Shown piece by piece: positions 1-24,859 of a stretch of 64,000 nt of DNA (position 1 is the stretch's first letter; the number at the start of each line of letters is the position of its first letter). The stretch lies in NCBI RefSeq assembly GCF_009914755.1, contig NC_060935.1; one strand, written 5' to 3'. The notes beneath the pieces are model-generated. The model searched no databases. It was not told the origin of the DNA and saw nothing but the letters and a program-made list of their open reading frames with translations. The translations under genes and the position numbers were made by a program. The stretch is from the human T2T-CHM13v2.0 reference genome, Homo sapiens.

Positions 1-5490
<5,490 letters not shown>

Positions 5491-5787
5491 GGGAATGACA
5501 AATTTTATTTCTCTTCCCACGTTCTCTTTGCCTCTTCTACCCAGTTCTCACTCTTTGCCTTTAGTTGTCAATCCCAGAAGAGAATCTCTTGAGTTTTTCT
5601 TCCTGTTTTTCCTTTTGTTCAAATGAGTACATAAATATATATTACTTATTTCCCCTTCCTTCTTACCTCCAAAGGCGTAATCCTATAGATACTCTTTTAT
5701 ACTTTGCTAACCATAGAATTTTAAAGCTAAATCAGACTTTATTGTTGTAGTTTTGAGATTATTCTTTCCTCATTTTTTTTCTTTTAG

Positions 5788-5958
5788 ACATTAGATCAGC
5801 AACAGTTCTTCACAGAGGAAGAACTAAAAGAATATGAAAATATTATTGCTTTACAAGAAAATGAACTTAAGAAGAAGGCAGATGAGCTTCAGAAACAAAA
5901 AGAAGAGCTACAACGTCAGCATGATCAACTGGAGGCTCAGAAGCTGGAATATCATCAG
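5788..5958 (+). CDS. NUCB2: Nucleobindin-2 internal coding exon (leucine-zipper region)
   Basis: Polypyrimidine tract plus AG at 5786-87 and GT at 5959-60. 171 nt, phase 0/0. Translates TLDQQQFFTEEELKEYENIIALQENELKKKADELQKQKEELQRQHDQLEAQKLEYHQ, recognised as NUCB2. Confidence 0.97.
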
Positions 5959-6562
5959 GTGGCATTTTGTCAAAAGATTATGGCATTAAAAAGATTTTAG
6001 GTGCTTTGTTAAAAGCCTGTGTTTTTGTAACATATTTCATTGTACTATATAGTACACTGCTATAGCTATACTATAGTATTTTAAATTTTAATACTTTAAA
6101 ACTGTTTTGTGGAATATTAATCTAAATTTTATTTTATTTCATTTTATTTTATTTTGAGACAGCCTGTCTCCCAGGCTGGAGTATAGTGCTGTGATCATAG
6201 CTCACTGCAGCCTCAAACTCCTGGGCTCAAGTGATCCTCCCACCTCAGCCTCCCCAGTAGCTAGAACTACAGGTGCATGCCAGTGTTCCTGGCTAATGTT
6301 AATATTTTTTGTAGAGACCAGGTCTCATTGTGTTGCCGAGGCTGGTCTCGAACTCCTGGCCTTAAGTGATCTTCCCACCTGGGCCTCTGAAATTGTTGGG
6401 ACTATAGGCGTGAGCCACTGCACCTAGTCAAATCTAAATCTTATAGTTTGAATATCTTTGTTTTAGAAAACAATTTTCATTTACTTTGTTGTGCTTTGTC
6501 AAAGGTCACACATATGATAGAAAATCAAGTTATACTTTTAACTTTCATTTTCCATTCACCAG

Positions 6563-6644
6563 GTCATACAGCAGATGGAACAAAAAAAATTACAACAAGG
6601 AATTCCTCCATCAGGGCCAGCTGGAGAATTGAAGTTTGAGCCAC
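6563..6644 (+). CDS. NUCB2: Nucleobindin-2 penultimate coding exon
   Basis: AG at 6561-62 and GT at 6645-46. 82 nt encoding VIQQMEQKKLQQGIPPSGPAGELKFEP plus 1 nt. Confidence 0.96.
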
Positions 6645-7072
6645 GTGTGTAATTTTGTTTGATTATTTATTTAGGAAAATAAATTATTTTATCAATTGAA
6701 ATCCACATTTATTACAAATATAATTTCAAATCATTAAGATGTTATGTTATTTTTTGTGTATTTTTTGTGGTATTAGAGCAATTTAGATTATAGAAAAATG
6801 AAAATGCCTCCAAAAGTTTTATGTAGCAGCAAATTTTAAGTGCTGTATCATTTGTATAATTTGATAACCATATTTATGGTAAAATGATTTATTTCAACTT
6901 TATTTGTAATTCTTTCTAATTATATTAATCTTACCAGAGAATATGTTTTTTAAAATTGTGATCTATGATTAGCTAAGCATATTTTTTAAAACAAGTATAT
7001 TTGTATATGAAGGAACATTTAGAATAAAGGAAGATACTTTTAAAATAAGAACTTTTTTCTTTTTTCCAACAG

Positions 7073-7080
7073 ACATTTAA
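7073..7080 (+). CDS. NUCB2: Nucleobindin-2 last coding exon (completes ..FEP-H-I-stop)
   Basis: T-rich tract plus CAG acceptor at 7070-72. C|AC ATT TAA gives the known C-terminus EPHI. Confidence 0.93.
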
Positions 7081-7165
7081 AGTCTGAAGTCCACCAGAAC
7101 TTGGAAGAAAGCTGTTAACTCAACATCTATTTCATCTTTTTAGCTCCCTTCCTTTTTCTCTGCTC

Positions 7166-7506
7166 AATAAATATTTTAAAAGCATATTTGAAATAAAGGG
7201 AGATACTTTTTAAATGAAAACACTTTTTTTGGGACACAGATATTAAAGGATTGAAGTTTATCAGAACCAGGAAGAAAACAAACTCACTGTCTGCTCTCTG
7301 CTCTCACATTCACACGGCTCTTTTATTTATTTTTTTGTTCTCCTTTAATGATTTAATTAAGTGGCTTTATGCCATAATTTAGTGAAACTATTAGGAACTA
7401 TTTAAGTGAGAAAACTCTGCCTCTTGCTTTTAAATTAGATTGCTCTCACTTACTCGTAAACATAGGTATTCTTTTATGGGTGCTTATCATTCCTTCTTTC
7501 AATAAA
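7166..7506 (+). terminator. NUCB2: NUCB2 poly(A) signals AATAAA at 7166, 7192 and 7501
   Basis: Canonical hexamers downstream of the stop codon. The 7501 site is followed by GT/T-rich sequence. Confidence 0.7.
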
Positions 7507-8541
7507 TGTCTGTTTGATATTAACAATTCTGGAAAGGCCACAGTATTTCCCTGTGTTTCCTGGTAACGTTTTTCTAGTTTTGGCAACCTCAACTGCTAGA
7601 AATTCTTCACCTGAATCACTTTTGCTACCACTTCAGGTCATTTTTCATTCTTTTTTATTTTGCTCTATACTTTATCATTTAAGATTAGGTTATGTTACAT
7701 ATAACAGAAAAAACAAAGATAACAGTGGTTTAAACTAAATAGGAGTTTTTCTTCTTACATAAGTCTAGAAGTAGGTGGTGTCCAGGTTCCTATCTTTCTG
7801 CTCTGCTATCCTCAGTGCATGATTTTTATCCTCAGATTACCTCACTCTCACTGTTCAAGTTTGCTCCTGGAGGCAGTGGGGAAGGCAAGAAAACTGGACT
7901 TTCTCTGCTTGAGTTAGCTTCCCTGAGGCCATTTTCCAGAACCAGCAGCACCTGAACTTATGTTTCGACCAGAACTGGGTCACACTGATGGCCACACCTA
8001 GCTGCTAGGGAGGCTGAGAAGTCAATGTGGCAATGTGACCAGCTAAAAGTTGGATTCTTTTACTAAGGAAGAAGGGAAGAGGGAATGTTTGGTAGGCAAC
8101 TTTGGATTTTAAACTCAGCCAGCCTTGTTGGCTACCTAAATTCTGTGTACCTTCTTCTTCCGAGAGAGAAAACACTCACCCCTCTCTCCCTGAAGAGAAA
8201 CCACCAGAAATCCAGCCCATTATTGCATACTAGATGAAAGACCATGCTATCTGGAGACAGTCCCCTCCATCATGTTAGGGTGTGGCTCCTTGTGTTCTGG
8301 CCACCTACAAACTGAAAGACAAGTTTTCTGCCCTGAGAGCACCAGATGCATAATGCAAAGGTGCAGGAAAACTGACCTTTTAAATTTTTTAGAGACAGGG
8401 TCTTACTCTGTTGTCCAGTCTAGAGTACAGTGGTGTGATCATAGCTTACTGCAGCCTTGAACTTCTGGGCTCAAGTGATCCTTCCACCTCAGTCCCCCTA
8501 GTAGCTATGACTACAGGCACATGCCACGAACGCCTGGCTAA

Positions 8542-8676
<135 letters not shown>

Positions 8677-10185
8677 TAAAATTGACCTTTTAGAAAAAGG
8701 GAGAAATAGAAATATAGTGGCCACTGATCCATAGCAATTTGAAAGTACCACTTGGCAAAAATAATTAAATCTCTCTGCTATAGTTCATGAATATATTCCT
8801 TGGTTTGCCTATCAGGCAACCCCTGATTCACCTTTCTGAGAGGAATTCCTTTACCTAATGTCCTCAGGGGGCCTTGGTTTTACTTTCTGGGAGGTTTTTA
8901 TTGTACATTAATTTTCAGACACAATCTGAATGGGCATTGGAAAGTATACCCTTCTTGGAGGCTGGGCAGCCTTAGCAGTTTACTTCCTATAATTGTGAGT
9001 CTGGGGGCAGGCTTGGGAATTAGAGTATAGATCCGTAACAGCTACAGTCTATTGCAGGCCAGGTTTGGGTTTTTGTTGTTGTTTTGTTCTGTTTCTTGGC
9101 CAAGTGGATTCCTAAAACTTTAGTAAGTTTCTGGTCTGTTGTCTTCAGTCATTTACATGGACAGTATTAACCAAGGTAAAATACATTGTTTTTAACAAAG
9201 AACCTCATCATTTACTTGCTGGCCTCTGTGTGCTCTCCATCCCCTTTGTTCTTACAGGAATGGTACCTCCTTGAGATCCTTTGAGACTGTAGGCTTGCAT
9301 GGAATGGCAACAGTCTTAATCTGATCTCTTCCCCTAGGATGGCTCCTATTATTTGGCAGAAAATTCTTAAGGGAAGGTTCTTAAAAAAGGTTGAGAAAGT
9401 TTTAGTAGCTCCCTCAGAGCCTTTACTTATAAATGTTTCAGTTTGGAGTACAGTTTTCAATTCTTCAGGGCTCCAGATTTGGGACTTGGTCAATTTATAT
9501 GGTAGACAAAGAGCAATTCTCTCAGCAAAGCTATTTTTCCCTTGCGTCACTGCAGACTTGTTAATCTTAGTCCAAGTCACATATCTCTTGTAGGGCTTTG
9601 CTGAAAAGAGGCAAGAAGCAGCCAACACATGCTAGCACTCTGAAGTTCTACCACCTTCGTCTCTGTGGCAGGAAGTCTCAACCTCACCTTGACTTCTGTT
9701 GGCAAGAAGTCTCACTGCCCAAAGCCCTACCTCCTCAACTAAGCCAACCCCAGATTTAGGGCCTTCGACTTGCTGTGCTTTACTTCTAGCTGCCAAATTC
9801 TGTATAGGTCAAGATTCTTGGCTGTAAGCAATGAAATCTTCTTTAGCTATTAAACAGAAGGGAATTGATGAATGAGTATATATAGGTCACAGAATCAATG
9901 GGAGGGTTGAAGAAACAGATCTAGGCTGAGCTTCTAGGAATTATGTCACAAGAGTAGGCTGCTGAAAGAGCTGCTGCTTTTAGAACAATCAAGAAGCTGC
10001 CTGCTGGATTAGGAAGCTGCCTGCTGAACAGTTGCCAGTTCCAGAGCCACACCACCTCTGCCATGCTTTATGCCAGCAAAAATAGATACATCTCTTCCTG
10101 CCTCTGTCCCCACGTTACTTGGCTCTGAGTAAAAGTCTCAAGTGAGTGAATCTGATGGACTGGACCAATCATATCTGAAACCCTA

Positions 10186-10564
<379 letters not shown>

Positions 10565-11145
10565 CTACCCTAGCACCTCACAAGTTTACATTGTTTCACT
10601 TAATAATTTTTAAACTGTTAGTCCTTATTTTATAAATTTTTAGATGATCATTGCATATTCCTCCAAACATACTTAAATAATGGATCCCAAAATTAAATAT
10701 AGCAGTTTAGAAAAGTTATATACAGCTTTAAAAACCCTACAAAAACCACTCAATGTAGTAATAGTGCTTGCTATTTTTTTTAAGAAATGGAATAGAATCT
10801 CTATTGCTTAAATTATAAGCAATAGAATATCTCTATTGCTTAAATTATAAGCAATATGGAAAAATGGTTTGGAATATCCTTTTGTTGATGACTACTATCT
10901 GTGACATGAAACTGATAAGACATTCTTTTGGGTAAACGTTTTTAGATGGTAAACTGTGGTTAAATCGAATTAATTGGAAGACATAGAGTAATTTCTTGAA
11001 ATGCTTTTTTGGCTCAAGTAAATGATGGATATTAATGTAGAAATATTTCACAGTTTCCAGCAAACTAATGTAATTTATATTATTCAGAAAAGAATTACTA
11101 AGCCTGAAATTATGGATTAAGGAATTATAATTTTTTGAGTACTAG

Positions 11146-11397
<252 letters not shown>

Positions 11398-11665
11398 TGA
11401 TCCACCCGCCTTGGCCTCCCAAAGTGCTGGGATTACAGGCGTGAGCCACCGCGCCCAGCCTATTATTCCTAAGAAAGTTGCAAACAGTATTCTTTTCAGT
11501 TGTGTTAGAAAGTATTGGTCTGTGTTTATACCATTCTTCTTCATATTTCTTTAGTTATTAAATGTCTTTGGTTTAGCTGACTTAGTGAAATTTATTACTA
11601 ATTTGAAGTTTTGTTTCACATATGAATTTTCATGAAGCATGTACATTTTATAATATACTTAAGTA

Positions 11666-12063
11666 GAGGTTGAGCATTCCTTATCCACGGTGCTTGGGAC
11701 CTGAAGTGTTTTGGATTTCGGATTTTTTTGTAGCTGGAATTAACAGGAGTGAGTCACCACACCCAGCTAATTTTTTTATTTTTAGTAGAGTCAGGGTTTC
11801 ACTATGTTGGCCAGGCTGGTCTCAAACTCCTAACCTCAAGTGATCCCCCCACCTTGGCCTCCTAAAGTGCTGGGATTACAGGTGTGAGCCACCACGCCCA
11901 GCTTGCATTGTACTTTTATTGGTATAATGCAGGTGTAATCCAATATCTAAAAATTAGACATCTGAAATGAGCATTTTCTTTGAGCATCATGTTGGCACTC
12001 AAAAAGTTTTGGATTTTGGAGCATTTTGGGCTTCAGAATTTTGAATTTGAGAATCTTAAACTG
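11666..12063. mobile_element. Tigger4/Zombi-like TcMar DNA transposon relic with nested Alu fragment
   Basis: Starts TA-GAGGTTGAGCATTCCTTATCC..TGCTTGGGACC..GTTTTGGATTTCGG and ends ..GGAGCATTTT..CTTAAACTG-TA, with TA at both ends. Confidence 0.65.
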
Positions 12064-12152
12064 TATATATAATTAAAATTAGATTCTGAAGTTAAATATT
12101 CTAGAATATTTAACTCTCACTAAAGACAATTTAGAACTATAATTAAAAAATA

Positions 12153-12483
<331 letters not shown>

Positions 12484-14206
12484 TTACAACAGCATTATTT
12501 TATGTACAATTGAACAGATTTGTATTATAATAAGATTAAATGCAAATCTTTCTCAGGAAAAATATAAAGAAAATTATAAAATTTTTTTGATAACATGATT
12601 TTTTTTTTCTTTTAGAGATGGGGTCTCTCTCTGTCATCCAGGCTGGAGTACAGTGGTGCCATCATAACTCACTATAGTCTCGAACTTCTGGGCTCAAGCA
12701 ATCCTCCTGTCTCAGCTTCCTGAATAGCTGGGACTCCAGGTGTGTGCTTCCATGCCCGGCTAATTTTTAAATTTGTTGTAGAGATGGGGTCTTGCTATGT
12801 TGCCCAGGCTGGCTTCAAATTCCTGGCCTCAAGCAATCCTCCTGCCTCAGCCCCCTAAATTGCTGGGATTAGAAACATGAACCATTGTTCCTGGCTGTTA
12901 ATGTGATTTTTAAGAGAGGGGTTAAAAAAATCTGTTAACTTAGAATAAAGTTTTGACAATCCCGGTTCTGGTTAGTGCATAAGTTTTCATCTTTGTTTTA
13001 TAGCCATGAAGTACAATCAAGAAGAAATTGAAAAACAGTCAGAGTTAGATGATGAGCTTCATCGTTTGTCATGCAGGATTTTTATCCCCTGAAGAACCTG
13101 CTAGAGAAGTCCACCTTCACCCTTAACCACTGGTGCCTCAACTTAATACTTTTAAAATTCATTTGTTTCTGTTGGAATTGGGATACTAAGGTGTGTTAAG
13201 TAAAATACAATATTTACTTTTTCATTCCTTATGAGTGACAAAATGTCTGCTTTCCAGGTGTGAGATTTGAAGGAAATCAGACCTTTCCTTTATTTATTTA
13301 TTTATTTTTTATTTTTGATACAGAGTTTCACTCTCGTTGCCCAGGCTAGAGTGCAATGGCTCACTGTAACCTCCACCTCCTATGTTTCAAGCGATTCTCC
13401 TGCCTCAGCCTCCCAAGTAGCTGAGATTACAGGTGCCTGCCACCACATCTGGCTAATTTTTTATATTTTTAGTAGAGACGGGGTTTCACTATGTTGGCTA
13501 ATCTGGTCTCAAACTCTTGACCCCAGGTGATCTGCCCGCCTCAGCCTCCCAAAGTGCTGGGATCACAAGCATGAGCCACTGCGCCTGGCCTTTTCCTTGA
13601 TTTTTAAAAAGACCTAATATCGTTAGTAGAATTCTAATCTTTCTCCACCTACTTTTTAATTTATTTAAAAAATGAGTTGTTAGCTATGAATTAGTAACCA
13701 TTTCTTTAAAAGTCTAAGAACTCAGCCAGAAAAAGCAGCATCAGCAAGTGGTGAAGACACCAAATTGAAAAATGTGCATATATTGTTTCTAGCATTGCCA
13801 ACCTGTTTATTGAGACAAAAGCAAATCAAAACCAATCAAACTTTTGATTTAGTTTTAGGAATTTAGATTTTTTCAAATATTGCTCATCAAATTATGTAGA
13901 CAAACAATTATATTTCATGTTTTTATATATATATAATTTTCACAGCAGAGCTTTTAGTTTATATTTTAATTGATGTCAGCCATGCTCTTGGTGATCCTGA
14001 ATGCCATGTAGCAGTTTGATTGTCAGCCAGCCCTTGACAGTGCACTTCTCTTTCTCTGCTCCACCCTCTGGTTACCATCAAAGCTCTGCATGCCTGTGTC
14101 AACAAGTTTTGTTTTACTAATTGTTTATAATCAATTGCAGTTAATAGTTTAAGTTTTGCTGGGAAAATTTGCTTACCTCCTTTTATTATTTTATAATTAG
14201 TAATAA

Positions 14207-14767
<561 letters not shown>

Positions 14768-15012
14768 TGAGTAGCTGGGACTCCAGGCGTGTGCCACCAT
14801 ACCCAGCTAATTTTTGTTTTTTCAGTAGAGACGGGGTTTTGCCATGTTGGTCATGCTGGTCTTGAATGCCTGACCTCAGCCGATCCACCTGCCTCAGCCT
14901 CCCAAAGTGCTGGGATTACAGGTGTGAGCCACTGTGCCTGGCTAATGGAATTTTCAAATGAGTAATGATTTATTTTCCACATGATTTCAAAGTTATGACT
15001 AGTCCAAGTGAT

Positions 15013-18949
<3,937 letters not shown>

Positions 18950-21913
18950 ATTTAATGGTGAGAGAGAAAAAAAAATTGCATCTAGTTCTCTTTGCTATCT
19001 CCCATGAATCATTGCATTTAACATGTTATTTCTGCTCAACTTTAGTTCATTTTCAATGTGCATTTTTAGTGATGTCAGAGTATGTGTCATTTAATTAAAT
19101 CCCCGCCCTTGCTTTAGATTTTCTGTGCATGGGGTGTGAGGCACATATGCAGTCTGTGCCATGTTGTATTTGTTTTGTACCATGTTGTTTGGCCTATTTT
19201 GCTTCCATGCTGTCCTCCATTGTTAAGGTGATTTGGAGTTGTTTTACTTTTGAATTTTATCCTTTCTGTTCTTGGTGTGACAACTTTCTAAATATTTCCT
19301 TATTAAAGTAGTGATATATAGATGATTTCCTTTTTAAAGCATATTTACTATGTCCTTTAATGTTTTAAACAGTTTTATGGAGGTATTTATTGAAGTATTT
19401 TTATCAAACATGACTATTTAAAATCCCTATCAACTTTGTGTAGTGATTCTTTCTTGTTCTATGACACTTAGTAATATATCTTAGAATTTGCATCTTAATT
19501 TTTTTCTAACTAAATCTCAGTCCTAATCCCATATCATTTTTTATTTCTTTTGATATGTGTGTGTATTTATTCCCTTTGATGTTCATAGTATGTTTCATTG
19601 AGGTTCAAGGTTGATTTTTTGGGGAAAAGAAAAAGCACCTTTGCAGAAAAGTCAGTTTTTCTAGAGCTAGTTAGGCAGGCCCTCATTCCTGGTTTGGTTT
19701 CAATTGCAGAGAGTTCTTGTATCTCTGCAGGGGAATTTCTGACTCATGGGGTGGGTCCCTGACTCCTTACTCCTCTCTGATTGAGTGAACCAGCATCTGG
19801 GGCAAATACGTAGCAGTCAGATGCTCTGATGAATGTCCCTGTTCAGTTCTTTGACTTTTTTGTATCCTCCTTAAATAATAATGGTTTTAAAGATAAGCAG
19901 AAGCCTATCTATAGTACTTTATAGATCTCAGCAGGGATTATTCATCTTACAGTTAATACAGGAAGAAACATCTTTGATACGGAAAGACTAGGGTGTTAAT
20001 TCAGCAATCTCTGGTTAGGAGAAAAGTAGCCTAGTTTATTACTTCTTCACTACTTTTGCCTGGATGACCTGAATTTTAATCAAGAAGTTCTTTCCTCTCT
20101 ATATGCGCTCCCCCATTTTCCCACTTTTGTATTGACTTTCCCACTATTGTATTTCTAATGCACCTTCTTAATCACTGGAGAAAGCTTTGAGGCATGTAAG
20201 AGGTCCTAGCACCATTTTCAGTCTTAAAGTTTCATAGCCACCAGCTTTATGGGACTCTATTATCAGGCCTTTCAAACAAATTCTTCCCTTCCCTCACAAT
20301 CCCAAGCTATTGATCTTTTCTCTAAGGAAGCCTTTTGTATTACTAATTAAGACTAGGTGACTATATTAAAACAGGGTTATCTTCTAAAAGATTTATATAA
20401 ATGATAAAACAGAGGCTAAGTATTTTTGTAAGGACAGCAATTTGAAGTCAGTTAATGCCTAGAGTGACTGTTTCATTCTTCTGCTATGGCTCTGGTGACT
20501 TCCTGATAATTCTGTCCGAGCCCCTGTGTCCAGTTCCAGGACCTAAGAATGGAAGAGCTCTGGAGGCTGAAGGTGGAAGATGGATCCCCCTTTCAGGGAC
20601 AGTGAAAGGAGGGTTAATCTTTCCTGAAGCTGTTAGTCTGGTATCTATTAGCACACATGAGAATTAGAAACCTTGCAACTTTAGAAATAGTATCTGTGTA
20701 GTAAATGCTGTCTGTGTACCAATTTGTATAGCTTTTAATAGAAATATCTTATTTTTGGATGGAAAATGTGTGTAAGCTTGTGACTAAAATAGTTCTGGAT
20801 GGAAGACCATTCAGTATCTTCTGAAAAAAAAATTGTCTTCTGGAACTAAAACATGAAAAAAAAACCTATCCATTATTGCTTTTTTTTAAATAAAGAAAAC
20901 CAGTGCTGTGTAATCCATATTTTACCAATATTAATTATGTCTTAGAACCATTTAAGAATGATGGTTTACATATCCTATTTTAAAGTCAAGATTTTAAAGA
21001 GCTTTTATTTGTTATTACTAATTATTGGGAGAATATTGAAAAATTTTCAATTTAAATGTTGAATTAAAAATGTAACCTTTTTGGCTGGGTGCGGTGGCTC
21101 ACGCCTGTAATCCCAGTACTTTGGGAGGCCAAGGCGGGTGGATCACGAGGTCAGGTGTTAAAGACCAGCCTGGCCAAGATGGTGAAACCCCATCTCTACT
21201 AAAAATACAAAAATTAGCCGGGCGTGGTGGTGGGCGCCTGTAATCCCAGCTACTCAGGAGGCTGAGGCAGGAGAATCACTTGAGGCCGGGAGGCGGAGGT
21301 TGCAGTGAGCCGATAACGCACCACTGCACTACAGCCTGGGTGGCAGAGCGACACTCCGTCTCAAAAAAAAGAAAATTAACCTTTTATAAATATGGGGCTG
21401 AAAACGTTATTTTTAAATTTTGGAAAAAGTTCTACTAGCTTGAAGATTACTTAGATTTATTTTTTCTTGGCTTATTTAGATATTTGGCCTATTTTTAAAA
21501 CTATAAATAAATAATTGGATTTTAATTTGATAGAGAATCAGAAAAACAGAGACTTTATATAATTTTTGTTACATTTGAATTCATTTTATAAATATATGTT
21601 GTAAAAATTCTTCCAGTGCAATATTTTTTCGAAAATATTGTTCTAGTCGTTGTTTGTATAGGTTTATTTCTAATTATATTAAAAGTAAAATTAGAAAAAT
21701 ATGTAATATTTGTTGTAATTTTCTGGGAAAAAAGATTTGACAATGTTAATAGAATGGATTATTTGTAAAACACCAATATTAGAGAGTCATAGAGCCTGAG
21801 TAAGGGCCTTAGATACTATCTTCCAATGAAGGAACCCCTTCTCCAGCATGGCTAGTAAGTGGTTATCCACCTCCTGCTTCAAGTCTTCCAGTGATAGCAT
21901 TGAAGTGGAAATC

Positions 21914-22030
21914 ACAGTGGTTTCCAGGCTTGTCTGCATATTGGAATCACCTAAGAGATACAAAAAATACTGGTACCTGGGTCCCATCTCCAGGTGATTC
22001 TAATATGCAGACAAGTTTGGGAACCAGTGG
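21914..22030. mobile_element. MER5-like hAT MITE with long terminal inverted repeats
   Basis: CAGTGGTTTCCAGGCTTGTCTGCATATTGGAATCACCT ... AGGTGATTCTAATATGCAGACAAGTTTGGGAACCAGTG are imperfect reverse complements. Confidence 0.7.
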
Positions 22031-22598
22031 TAAATCATGTGGAAAAGCACCTCACTCTTTTTCATCATTAGAGAATCCATAATGGAAAGGAAACCTGGCT
22101 GATGTTATGAAGAGTCTAATAAGCATTTAGATGTCATTGAGAGCATTTATAGCCACACTCCCTACCCTTCAGTGTTGTATGATAAATAAATATTTCCATT
22201 TAAATTCAAGAACCATTTAATAAGATAGCACACTGACAGAGACCATGATGTTGGTATAGTGGAAAGTCCTGGACTGGGTGTTAGGACTTCTAGCTGCCCA
22301 ACTTTAAATAATTTTAGCCTTACAAAAAATTTGCAAAAATAGTATAAAGAATTCCCATACGCCCTTCATCTAGCTTCCTCAAATATCAACATGTTATATA
22401 ACTACAGTAAAAGTATTACAATCAGGAAATTAACATTGATACAATTCTATAAACTAATCTGCAAATTTTGCCAGTTATCCTACTATAAATTTTTTCTGCA
22501 CTAAGATCCAATCTGGGATCACACATTGCATTTAGTTTTGTTATGTGTTTGTTATTTTGAAAAAAAATTAAATCATTGCAACGATAGTATAATGAATT

Positions 22599-23072
22599 TG
22601 TGAACCCCGAAAATTTGAGACAGGTCTCAGTTAATTTAGAAAGTTTATTTTGCCAAGGTTGAGGACACAGCCATGACACAGCCTCAGAAAGTCCTGACGA
22701 CATGTGCCCAAGGTGGTCGGGGCACAGCTTGGTTTTATACATTTAGAGAGACATGAGACATCAATCAATATATGTAAGAAGTACATTGGTTTGGCCTGGA
22801 AAGGCAGGACAACCTGAAGCAAAGGCAGGAAGGCTCTAAGTGCGGTGGGAGCTTCCAGGTCACAGGTGATACACAAAGGGTTACGTTCTTTTGAGTTTCC
22901 CATTTTGAGTTTCTACCTTTCCAAAGGAGGCAAGTCAGATATGCATCTATCTCCGTGAGCAGAGGAGTGACTGAATAGAAACAGGGCAACAGGAGACAGG
23001 TTTGCCCTAAGCAGTTTTTCATCTTGAGTTTTCCTTAGTGATTTTGGGGACCCAAAATATTTTCCTTTCACA
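22599..23072 (-). mobile_element. Solo ERV1 LTR, MER4A-like
   Basis: TG...CA termini and 4-bp TSD AATT (22595-98 / 23073-76). The sequence GAGACAGGTCTCAGTTAATTTAGAAAGTTTATTTTGCCAAGG matches my recollection of MER4A. Confidence 0.82.
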
Positions 23073-24418
23073 AATTCTAGTATACCTTGCTTTCACTCTT
23101 TCTGTCCAATTCTTTGTTTGACTGAAGCGTTTCAGAATTAAGCTGCAAACATTGTGATCCCTTACCCTAAATATGTGAGCATCTCTTATGAACAAATATT
23201 TTTTTAATCATAACCATCATATAATTATCAAATTTGGGAAATTTAACATTGTTACAATACTATTAATCTAACACATAGTCCGTATTCAAATTTCACCAAC
23301 TGTCTCAATACTGTCCTTTATAATAATTTTTTCATGATCCAGGATTTGTGTGTTGGATTTTGTTGTAAGGTCTCTTTAATTTCCTTTGATCTGGAATAGC
23401 TCCTCAGTTGTATTTTGTCTTTCATGACATTTACATTTTTTGAGAGTACAGGTCATTTGTTTTATAGAATGGCTCTCAATCTGCATTTGTCTAGACTGGT
23501 CTTTCTCACAGTGTGGTCTGTGACTGGTGCTGGTCTATGCCTGGCTGTTACCTAATGGTGAGAAGGCCAACCAACATTACTCATGCTGTTGGAAACTTTT
23601 ATAGCAATTCAAAAATAATTTTATGTCTTTTGAATCTAAGAATAAAAATTGAGGGCTTGGATTTTTATGTCTTTTTATTTCATTTCTCTAGTAATTCATT
23701 TTTATTTCACAAAATGACAGTTCTTCGTGGGTTGGACACTTATTTTTTATTTTTACTTTTATTTTTTAGAATTAAGAAAAAATAATAGAGACAGGATCTT
23801 GCTATGTTGGCCAGTTGGTCTTGAACTGTTGCCCTCAAGCAGTCCTCCTGCCTCTGCCTCCCAAAGTGGATGAGCCACCATGCCTGGCCAGGTTGGACAC
23901 TTTTAAAGAGTCCTTCAGCACAGCTACTTGGAACAACAATGGTCTAGAATGAGGTGTTTTTTGTTTGTTTTTGTGTTTTTTTTTTTTGTTTTTTTTTTTT
24001 TGGAGACAGAGTCTCACTCTGTCACCCAGGCTGGAGTGCAGTGGTGCAATCATGGCTCACTGCAGCCATGACCTCCTGGCCTTGAGCCATCCTCCCTCCC
24101 ACCTCAGCCTCTCAAATAGCTGGGAATATAGGTGACACCACCACACCCAGCTAATATCTTGATTTTTTTTGTGGAGATGGGGCCTCACTATGTTGCCTAA
24201 GCTGATTCCAAACTCCTGAGCTCAAGTGATCCTCCTGTCTTGGCTTCCCAAAGTGCTGGGATTACAGGCATAAGCCACTACACCTGGCCTAGATAGATTT
24301 TTTGAAGCTAAGGACTGTGCTTTAGCCATCGCTGAATTCGTCACTCCTAGATTGTGCCTGGCAGAGTTCAATAAATTGTTGCTGAGGGGCAACTTGAAAT
24401 GTCCCATTCCTTTAATAG

Positions 24419-24859
<441 letters not shown>

